From Lytechinus pictus (Eukaryota), in the NCBI RefSeq assembly GCF_037042905.1, contig NC_087262.1:21665265-21702000 (forward strand): a DNA stretch of 36,736 nucleotides. Reading direction: 5' to 3'. Shown here one piece after another: positions 10,753 to 21,800 of the stretch (position 1 is the first letter of the stretch; each line of letters starts with the position of its first letter). A program made the position numbers and the translations under genes. The notes beneath the pieces are model-generated. The model ran no database searches, was not told the DNA's origin, and was given only the letters and a program-made list of their open reading frames with translations.

Positions 10753-13340
10753 AAAAGCCAAATTTTCCAGTTATTACCTGTCAAACATGCTGCAAGTTTA
10801 TAGGAGAAGTGCTCTTTTAACAGAATTCTTGGAATGCAGCGAATTCTAAAAATATAATCTTAATACATTCTATAAAACTTAAGATATCTTTATTAGCCAA
10901 AACGGAGGCCCTGATGATAAAGGATATTGGTCAGGACTTGTGAATAGCTCTTTCGAATATTCACGATTGGAAATCCAAAGTTGCAAATATTTGCACCACT
11001 GTTCGCAAATATTGTTATATATGAAATATCAGCACAATTTCATGATTGGCATCCTGATTGCCAACATTGGCACTCAATACACTCAAAATATATTACAACT
11101 CTGCATATTTTGTGGTGAATATTGATGCAGGGTCATCAACAATTATACTTATTTTTGCAATGTTGCAAATAATCATATAATATGTTTGTGAACTATGGTT
11201 AAGCCTTTCCTCATTCACATCCAACCTTCAGGAGTACTTGATTCATAAGGAACGGCCAGAGGGATAATCTATATTTTATGGTGTGCTGGGAAAATAAAGG
11301 TTTTAATCATATGCTAAGTATAATTATACCTTCTCTAATAAAGAGAAACTAGTAGATAAGTTTATGTTTAAAGCAGTAATATTTTTGCTCTGTGTATTAT
11401 CATTCGCTTGAGTATACTGCTGAGATGTTGTACATATGATATAACAGCTAGTGGTATACTATAAACAAGGTTATGAACCATCCATTTTTCATATTTACCC
11501 TTCCAGATGTAAATTAAAAGTAGACATTTCCTATGAAGAATACTTACAATCAAGTTTGCATTGCAATGCAAACTTGATTGTAAGTATGTACACATTTTAG
11601 TGCCATTCATTTTAGTGCAATAAGGATCTTTTTATAGTAAGTGACTATTTGAAATAGAAGAATGAGAGAAAGTAAATGTAAATTTTGGCCATGTTTGTGT
11701 ATATAATCATTTTGACAAATATTGTATAATGTGTATAAAATATCACCCCCTCCATTGGTGTTTCATGCATGGATCATTAGTATTGTGTAAAAAATATAAA
11801 CATAACTTATACATGAAACAAGTATCATATTTTATATTGAAGTGTGCTACCCATTCATTTCAATAATAACAGATATATTAACATATCTTAATATATCATT
11901 TTATTATAATCCTATTACTCACTCTGGAATATGAATATTTCAATCCAAACAACTTTGTAACATTATCCGCCCATTTATTTACTCACTTTCTAATGTAAGT
12001 TCTTGCCTCACTCAAAATTCAGCATATTTTGCAAACGGTGTTCTATCAACTTATTTATTCTTTATTTTACTGTTATTTTTTACTTTGTGGCTCTAAGTGA
12101 AAAAGCCAGCTTTAAGGGAAATTTGCTGCACTAGATTTTAAAAATTAAGTTTTATATCTGTGATGGTGTGGGGGCTGTCCTCCTGGAATTTTGACTTTTT
12201 TTAGAGTAGGGAGAGTGTGAAAGTGGCATCTTGTACCCCTCCCACCCCCCCTCCCCGGACCAGAAAATATCACAAAATCGTTTAGGATGCTGTATACCCT
12301 TCATGCTACAAGAAGAAACATAGAAGGAACTTTTTATACTTGTTAGGTGTAAATGTCTTTCACAAGTATTTACCAAAGTACTGATGTTTGTGATACATGC
12401 CTTATTGTACTAGCACTGTCTACTTCATCGGCTGTGAGTGAAAATGTAAATATATTTGTAAATTATTCATTCATTGGTGAAAAAATATGTTCACTCTCTA
12501 ATATAACTATTTTTGCCATTTTTGACTGTCTTTTATTTGCAATACTGGGATAGATAAGGTATTTTGGGGAATGGTTTTCAGAGTATTTTTGCATACAACA
12601 TTGGTGGAATATATTTTTTAAGGTGATCAATATATGGTTGTGAAATACACAGACATTCCACATGTAGAGTATGATTTCAATTCATTATGTAGTATAAGAA
12701 GATTCTTCAAAAGCTGTTGGTCATATTGTTGCCTATTGAAAAGCATAATCTTAATTTCTGTAGCAAACGGAGTAAAATTAATCAAGTAAATGTTGAATAT
12801 AATCATAATTGATATATAAATTCTCACACAAGTACTGTAGGTTTGTATTTGCTCCCATTCCTTCTTTGTGTTAGGTCTTTTAATGAATAATCTAATATTA
12901 ACCTGTTGGAGAATGCCTGCATATACTGTGGAAAAGTGTGTTCTAGCATCGTAATTAAGCCAATCTCCAATAGGAAAAAATACAAATCTGGTGATGGGCA
13001 CACGTAAGTGATCATACTTCTAAAATCTTGACAAACAATATTACCATTTTGTTGAAACATGTAACAGTAATTATTTTTTGTGTGATTGTTTTCTAAATTT
13101 TGATTTGTTCCTATTTATAAATATAAAAATTTTGATTTTTGTTTCAATCAGTGGAATTATACATCATCACCCCACAGCATCTATGTATATATATTTTTTA
13201 TTTGTTTACTAGTAATCTCTTTTTATCCAGTAGCGCAACCTGTTGACTACTATACAGAATTCAGTAGTTAACAGGATAAAATAAGATAAACATGATTGTA
13301 AGATTATTAAATAAGGTAATAATTATATTATGAGTTTTCA

Positions 13341-13346
13341 AATAAA
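13341..13346 (+). promoter_or_regulatory. Candidate polyadenylation signal of the + strand gene (alternative AATAAA at 11293-11298)
   Basis: AATAAA followed by a CA and a GT/T-rich tract (ggtgttttttttagtt). Confidence 0.4.
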
Positions 13347-16079
13347 ACGTGCAACAATGGTGTTTTTTTTAGTTATCATTTGCAGGTTATCTTCATTTTT
13401 TGTAGACAATAACACTGTGTGTATAATCAGATAACTGTTCTCTATTGTGTGTACTTAATTCTTGCGTTGTTAACATGTATTCTGATGAAAATGATACATT
13501 AGCAAATGTACATGAATGTTATTATTTTCATCAGCATTAAAACTACAGCATAGGTGTTCAAATCTAATTAATATGAAAGGAGATATGACATTTCTGTTAA
13601 ACATGTACTAATTTTATTGGATATTATTAAATGTCATGCTAATTAGTAGTCCATATATCCTATCTGTTCTGTGGGTGGAAATATGTAATTTGAATACTTC
13701 TCACTCCCTGTCCATTACTTGTTAACTACATATCATATGTAAATAATATTGTATGTTATTTTTATATATTGGAATTGCCACAATATGAATTCATACATCT
13801 CTCTACGTAGAAAAATATTTCAATGTTGGTGGATGTAGTACTCTGTTCATGAAATATATATATATGAACATTTTTATCGCATAATGAGGGAAATTTCACT
13901 TAGTGAAAATGAAAACAAATGAATGTGAAATAACCCCACAAAATTTGAGGAAAAATCCTTCATTTTGGCAGAGTATGTTAATCGCTGTTGGCAAAAAAAA
14001 AAAGAATTTCTGTCTGTAAGCCATGTACATGTAGTTATATGATATTTTGTATGCAGGAGGAGAGTACTATACATTTTTCAAAAATTGCACAAGGGGAAAT
14101 CTTATATTTATAAAGACTTGTCTGCCTAAGTTATCACAAACGTTTCACTGTCGTTGCACCACCTTGTGCCTTGATTCTATTAATATCCCATGTTGACACA
14201 AATTACGGTAATCATAGAATTGCACTTACATGTATAAGTCTTTGCAAATTTTTGACAAGATGAGCTCACCGCACTTTTATAATTCTCATTGTGATACCAT
14301 TTGAAAGAAATTTAAATATATTTAGATATGAAAAATAATAACATAAAATCAGCTTATTATTTCAATTCTAGTTACCTTGTGAGTTGATATTGAAAACTGG
14401 AACTGTCCTGGAATTAATACTTCCATACAAAACAAATGTTGAATCAGCTTCAGTTTTGTTTACATTTGAATTCTTTTCTATATTAATTCCAACTTTTTAA
14501 TATTGAAAAAACACTTTGACCAAAGCACTTAGTCATCTCAGTGTGAAATTCAAGATCTAAGCTATATATTTTAATGAAATCTATGATTGGGTGAATTTTT
14601 TTTAGACAAGCAATACAAAATTTTTTTTAATTTTTATTTTCTGAAGTTTTGAATAAGTCCTAGACTTTATATCATACTACACTTTTGATATTACTACAGT
14701 TTGAGGCATTTTGCAGAAAAGACTGATTTTACCTCCAATCTTTAATACACCATCTTATTTTGCTGATCCTATTCATGTTTTATTACTTATATCAAATATA
14801 ATTATGACTTTCAAAATGGGATTATAGGCATGAATGTCAGAAGATACTGTTTTTTATTTAATCAGATGAATTGACAATTTGGAGGGTACATTTCATTTCC
14901 CGTCACTAATGGGTCATACAGTATAACTGAAAATATATCTGTGAATGTGCCTGACATATTTAAATAGTTATATAAGAATTGTAGATTTATTAATTGATGT
15001 AATATGTTTTTAGAATGATATTCACCAACGAATGTAGAGGGCAGCAATTTTTTTAATTGACTTGTATATTAAGTTGTTTACCACATGTAGTTTATCTCTG
15101 TCAATGTTCCTATTCCTTCTGCTTACTCTCTCCCTCTCTCTTTCTATAATTCATCTTTCTTTCCTTTACTCCTTCATCCTATTTATCTTTCTGTCTTTCT
15201 CTATTCTCTTTTGCTAAATCTATCTCCCTCCTTTTCCTATATCTTCTCCAAGTATGTTTCACTTTTGTTACCATCAATATCATCAGACCAAGCTAACTCT
15301 TATTTGATAAAGGATGCATCCAGAACACACAAAAATATAGTTATTATTATGGTATCTGTTAATGAAAATAGGATATATGGTGGCTTAATCTTTGCTAAAA
15401 TCTTCTTTACTTTTTACATTTGAAACAAAAATTTCTCCCACTTTATAACCAATGTACATTTGAATAGTAAATACATTCTCAGAGAGTTTAATAGAATTTT
15501 TTTTTTAAATGAATGATTTCTTGACAAAATGGGGAAAATAATTATGTCGTTATTAGGAAATATTAACTGTTAAACTTGACAAGAGTCATATATGTTTTAA
15601 AAGAAATTCTGCACCCATCAATTTGTTGGTGTATGCCAAAAAAGATCTGATTTTATACATCACTTGTTCAAAAATGACATTTTGTTCTACTTCTTTAGGG
15701 GCATTAGAGGACATCTTTTATTCTATGTAGAATTGGATGATAGAAGAGGGAAACATTCAACTCTGCTTTGAGCTTATTAAATATTTCTGAAATTCATATG
15801 GTATATAAATTGAATTAACACTTTTGTCATTATGTATATTATCTTTTTTTTACACAACTCATGTTACTGTAAGTACACTATTATGTATGAATATGATGCC
15901 CTCGAATTATTTGCATATCTCAATCTAAACTCTTTATGGCAAATTGCCTATATTTTACGATTGCAGATGGCAAAATCTACTTTTAAGTTGTCATTTTGCT
16001 CATTTGATTTTTGTTTCTCATGCAATATTTGAATTTTGAATGGAGAGACATCATATATGTGTATGCATTACATGTACAT

Positions 16080-16276
16080 CAGTGGCGGATCCAGGGGAGG
16101 GGGGTACATCCGGCCCATACCACCCCTTTTGAGAGCCATAATCAAAATTTGCAATGTAAATATACCGTGTGCCCCCCCTTGCTTGTCAAATTTTCCATGG
16201 ACGAAATGACCTTCAATTTTAGGTGAAAACCTAAAATGTGCCCCCCCCCCTTTAGAATATCCTGGATCCGCCCCTG
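16080..16276. mobile_element. MITE (hAT-like), 197 bp
   Basis: TIRs CAGTGGCGGATCCAGG / CCTGGATCCGCCCCTG with G- and C-run subterminal blocks; no clear TSD. Confidence 0.8.
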
Positions 16277-16574
16277 ATACAGTCCATAGTTCTTTTTCGT
16301 TTTTGCTTGTATTATAAAAGAAATATAGATTGCCATCAATTTATATATACGATGTACAGGGTTTAGAAAGTGGAGAGTGCAATTTAATAAATTAAAAAAA
16401 CACCAGATTCATAAAGCTGCGTTTGTATTCTTTCGATGTCAGTTCTAGTGTAAACGGAACCTGCATATAAGTTACACCTAAATCACAATGACATCCCTTC
16501 TTGATTTAGAGGTTTTGAGGAAGTAACTCAACAACTATGTCTCTACACTTATTGTCTAACTTGTGATTCAGTGG

Positions 16575-16867
16575 CAGTGTCGTATCCGAGGCCGTCTCAA
16601 CCAAGACCAAGGCCAATGAAAAAACATCATTTTTTTTACCTGTCAAATCCAATTGACGCTTTTTGTGATCGATATATATAGAGCTTTCAGTTGTTCCCTG
16701 GTATTTGAGCCATGTATTTTCCAGATTTTTTATTTCATTTTTGTGGAAAATCATGTAGATAAGAAGTACCACGGTAAGCAAATTAGCAAAACCGGATAAG
16801 GTTGAGGGCAAGACATCAGGCTTCAAGACCGAGGATGCGATATCCAGCCTCGAGCCATACAACACTG
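16575..16867. mobile_element. Non-autonomous hAT element, 293 bp
   Basis: TIRs CAGTGTCGTAT / ATACAACACTG; 8-bp TSD ttcagtgg / ttcggtgg (1 mismatch); internal caagacc(a/g)ag motifs. Confidence 0.8.
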
Positions 16868-16958
16868 TTCGGTGGGTACTTGGAGTTAATATTTGCCTTA
16901 TGGTAGGTAGCACACACAATACACCTGATAACAAAAAGAAATTATTTTGATAAAGATG

Positions 16959-16964
16959 TTTATT
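16959..16964 (-). promoter_or_regulatory. Candidate GRHPR polyadenylation signal (implies a 3' UTR of about 1.8 kb)
   Basis: Minus-strand AATAAA followed by T-rich then GT-rich sequence (TTTCTTTTTGTTATCAGGTGTATTGTGTGTG). Confidence 0.5.
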
Positions 16965-18771
16965 ACATACATTTCACATGCCTCAATTTACAATTGGCAC
17001 TCAAAGCATAACTGCAGTATATAAATACAGCCTTAAACCATCAGTTTACATCTAGCTCCTATGGAAAACTCTGAATGCCCATCTTTCATTAACTTAACTT
17101 AAGAAATACTAGTATGTGAAAACCATCTGTATGGATCCACTTACAGTACACATTTTTTTTCAAATTTGCGAGCAAAAACCCTGATTTTTTTTCTTTAATT
17201 GAATGAAAGGAGAAATTTTGCTGGGCAAGTGGTGCCCTTAGTAATCAAACTTTGGCAGCTATGAAAATCACATTTCAAAATCCACCAAGTAATGTTCATG
17301 AGTAAAACAATGAAGTGAGTACAAGAGTTAACAAAAATATGTAATTTGGAGCTATTCAAATTTATCTTGAATATTAAATTACCCTTGGAGATAATGCATT
17401 GCCAAATGCATACTGTTAAATCTACTTTTCTTCTAAAATGTGTAATTATTAGAGCTGAAATGACATTGAAAATCAATTTAGCGACCTTAAAATCTTGTCA
17501 CATGATTTTTAATTTTGGTCACTCTTTACAAGTATGCAAAATTTTTATGGAGTAAGCTTTTTTAAAATTTTATACACTTAAGATCAAATTCTAACCTCAA
17601 ATAACCTTTGATCTTGGTCTATCCATTATAATATTCTATCTGAGATATGGCAATTTGTATCTTATTTAGCAGCACCAGAAATGAATACTGATATGGAATA
17701 CAAGAAAAGGAATATGATGGCTGTCTATAAAGACAAATTATATGACACTATGTGTCTACTAGGTGCTACTTTGTTAAAAAAAAATATAGTCAATTTTGGG
17801 ATATGATCCCAGCAAACAAAACAGACAGAAAACTGACATTTCAAATGACCTCAAAAACAAATAAATAGAGCAGACATTTCATCACAAATGAGGTCATTTC
17901 AGACCTGAAAAGACAGCTTCATTAAGTGGTATAGATCTCTCTTCCATAATGGGTTTCCAGCTTAACAGACTTAATTGACTTTGAATATCAAAGAATGGAT
18001 ACTTTAGTACACATGGGTTAAATATGAGATATTCATACAGTACTAGTGACAATAGTGAGGTATCTTCATCATCTCCAAGGTCAGCAATAAATAATTTTCA
18101 GCTGCACTATTTCTATAACCTGGTTGTACACAGATTCTTGCATACACATTGTAAAAATACTTCCATGACAAAATTTCTTGGTAAGAACTAACTCCAAACT
18201 ACAGGGGTGTTTCAGTTAAATAATCTGGGGTTTCCATTTAGTTCCAACATACCTTTATACAAATTAAAGAAGTTCAGTTCTACTCAAAAGTTTGATATGT
18301 AGTAAATGTCTGAAACTGATAAGGAAATATTGATTATACTGCATCTAAAAAACCAGTGTATGCTGTAAGGTCCAAAATGGACTGAATTCTGCTCATAGTT
18401 TGGGACTGTTACAAAACATTTGAATGAAAATTTTCGGCTGTTTAAAATAATTTCTTCAAATGATTTTCAAGGCATCAGAAGAGTAATTTATGTCCATTTA
18501 CATTTTTTGCTTTACTATATCCTCATTAATAACATGGAAGTCCAATATGATCTTTTCCCCCATTTGTTTTCCCTTGACTTACATTAATCCTCAAGGACTA
18601 CAATGCGAGGGTCATATTTGAAACAAAGCATTATAACAAAGGACACCCGAAAACAAAGCCATTGTGGAGCACCAGAAGTGTGTTATTTTACAGTCAAGAA
18701 TACTAGATAAGAATCTGCTATCATCATTCTCTTTGGATTGGTAGTATAATGGACAGATCCCTAGACCTGGG

Positions 18772-18893
18772 TTACAATGTAACTTCTTCAGGCATCTCTT
18801 CACTCATGAGACCTGCTAACAAGTTTCTTGAAGTAAGTATGGACATGGCTATTCTTGTCTCCTCAGCAGCACTGCCGATGTGGGGGAAAACAA
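18772..18893 (-). CDS. GRHPR: GRHPR exon 7, coding part (122 nt)
   Basis: [40 protein letters not shown]; tttccag acceptor. Confidence 0.95.
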
Positions 18894-21800
18894 CTGGAAA
18901 GCAAGGGGAAAAATTGATTTTAAATCCTAAAGCAGTGATGGAAAGAATTGTTTTGGCATTTAGAAAAGAAAATGATTTTAATAGGATACATAACTCTCAC
19001 CATTTCCAACACATGACATGCATGGAGGGTACAGCATTTGAACTTTCATCCTTCCATAATTGAAAGAACATTGCATTCTATGATTTAGGAGATGTGAATC
19101 AAGAATGACATCTTATTTTTGAGGGGAGAGGTAAGAATATTAACAAACTGGACATTTCTACAAATAAAAAACAATTGGTTTACAACTGCTGGAAAATGGC
19201 ACGTGTTGCAACTTATTGGCTCACCATTTCTCTTAATTCCTTTTCCAAAGGTAGATTGGCTGAGAAGTCAAACCATTGTCCCTTTTAAGTTACATTTCAA
19301 AATCAATATTGACTTGCATTCCTGCAAAAACTTTAAAAGAATGTGCTAACTCTCACACATAACTACGTGATTGTGGATATAACTTGATGGAATACTTACC
19401 ACAGTTATCTAGTTTGAGGAGAGGATGGTCAGTGGGTAAAGGTTCAGGTGTGGTCACATCCAGACCAGCTGCTCTGATCTGACCAGTGCTCAAGGCCTCG
19501 TAAAGGTCATCTTGATTTACTACAGCTCCTCTGAAAATAAGGAGAGCAACATAAGAGGACAAAAAAGAAAAATAGAATTAGGTGTTATTTATTTGAACTG
19601 ACCAGTTGTCAATAGGGCTATGCAATAGATGAATGATAAAAATAAAAATGAAATCATACAGCTTCAATTAACACAGAAATGCATGACATTGTATCCATGA
19701 TCAAGCCAACATGTTCTGAATTCACAGACAAGAAAAAAAGTTTATCTGTAAAGCTGTTGATGTCTGCCCATACCCAAACAGTGTTAATTGAGATGTTAGA
19801 TAATGCCTCAGCGTACAGGAACGCAAATTCATATAATACAAGTTTACAGAGCTTAACATTCCATAACTTCAACACATACCCAAACACAAATATATGCATA
19901 CTATGATTCTTCACCATATTTGCAAATTACCAGAGGAAAAAAAACTCACCTGCTTATATTGACAAAGATGGCATTGGAGCTCATCATCTCAAAGACTTGT
20001 TTGTTAAAGAGACCTTTGGTTTGAGCATTGAGAGAGCAACTGACCACCACGAAACCAGATTCTTTGACAAGTGTCTCAAAGGGAACTAATGAAGACAAAA
20101 TAGAGAGAAAATCAGTTATCAAGAAATACATGTACATCACCGAGAGATAATTCAAGAAGGTAATATTCAGGACAATGACCTTATGCTGCAGTTTGGCCCA
20201 ATAAATTTTTAAGTAGAATTGTAAGTTTTTATACATGAGAAATAATAAAAATCTTAACACTCTAAATATATTTTCTTATTGTACATCTAAATTGTTTTAA
20301 AGCCTTCACCTAATTGGTATCATTGTCATTTTGGTTAGATTCCCATTTAAGGGCAGTAGTATGTTCTGCTTACAATTTGTTAAAAAGGATTTTAAAAAAA
20401 GTTTAACTGAAAATTGCTGGTATTTTTCTGTACAACAGAGAAGTGCTGGTATAGTAAGAGTATGTTACAAGAGATCCACATTGTGCAACTTGAATGTGTT
20501 AAGTATTCTGACAAGGCCGTTACAAAACATTAACGTATTCCTATTTTGACAACCGTTTGACAACTGTAGACTTTCATATAGGTAGATTGAGAGTGACATC
20601 AACAGAAAATTATCTTTCAGAGTCAAGAAAGAGGGAACATTATTCATTTTCTTTAGTCTCCAACTAAATCAAAATAATTTCAAGGAAATATGGAAAACGG
20701 AATGGGCATTTAATAGAAATAAAGATGTGAAATATCAGCAACTTTTGAGGAAGGCTTTTTTTTTTTCTTTCTTATACCCCCATCGGTTAACCCTAACTGC
20801 TCTTTACTAAAAGCATTTTAACATTTTTAAAAATGAACCCAATTTCTCAAGCCTATCTTTGACATTGTTAAAGAAAATCAATATAGTGGTATGTGTACTC
20901 TCTTGAAAATCAAAGCATTCCGATTTTTCCTCTGACGAAACACAGAACCCAGTCAGTAAACCCATTTTTATATTCATTTCTTGCCTATGGTTCTGCATTT
21001 CTGCTCAATCAAATATTGTGAAAAAAGCTATCCAAGAAAAAGTTTCCACAAGCACGCCTGCAGGCAAAATAAATTTCTTAATATTCTGTGCACATCTTCA
21101 TTTAATTGCCACTATGAATCCAATTGTACGATAGAATTATCAAAGTCAGATTGAATCACTAAGTTGGTCATACTTCCAAAGTTTGATATACAATACAGGT
21201 ATGGCTTCTGATTCTTCTTTATATACCACTGCCAGACCTGCCAACCTCTGGGAATAAAAAATTGTATTCTGTGATAAAAACAAATTGTATTTCATAATAA
21301 AATTTGTAGCGCGCACACTCATCTCTCAAGCTGCATGCAAGCTAAAATGCGCACTGCTCTTGCAGGTGAAAAAAAAACATTGAAAAATGTGTATATCTCA
21401 CCCTGGATTTAACAAACGAAAAAAAAAACCAAGTTACCAAAAATTACATTGATCCAATAACCATATTTGTGTAAGTTTTATGAAATAGAGATAAATAGAG
21501 ATGATTTTTCTCAATATTTTGTACACAAAATCGTATTTTTAAAAGAAAAATCATACTGTCGTATTTTGGTTGCAAAAACGTACTAAATATACCAAAAATG
21601 TACTGGTTGACAGCTCTGCACTGCCCTTCGACCTACCAAATTCAGCTGGCAGACTATCTGCTTCAGGTTTCTTGGTGTTTCCAGAGTAGAGGAATCTCTT
21701 GACCCCAAATGGCTTGAGACGTTGGGCGATGGCCATACCTATCCGCCCTAGTCCAACTAGACCCACTGTACTGTTAAGAAGACCTGGTCCTGTTAGCCAC

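Noticed and set aside
10265-10784. Overlapping minus-strand ORFs
   Set aside because: Shadow ORFs of the GC-rich terminal exon on the + strand.
16506-16934. 142-aa minus-strand ORF
   Set aside because: Non-ATG start, crosses MITE boundaries, no recognisable domain.
18775-18783. Peroxisomal PTS1 on GRHPR
   Set aside because: The C-terminus is VTL, which does not fit [SAC][KRH][LM].
18749-19063. 104-aa + strand ORF
   Set aside because: Antisense shadow of GRHPR exon 7 running into intron.
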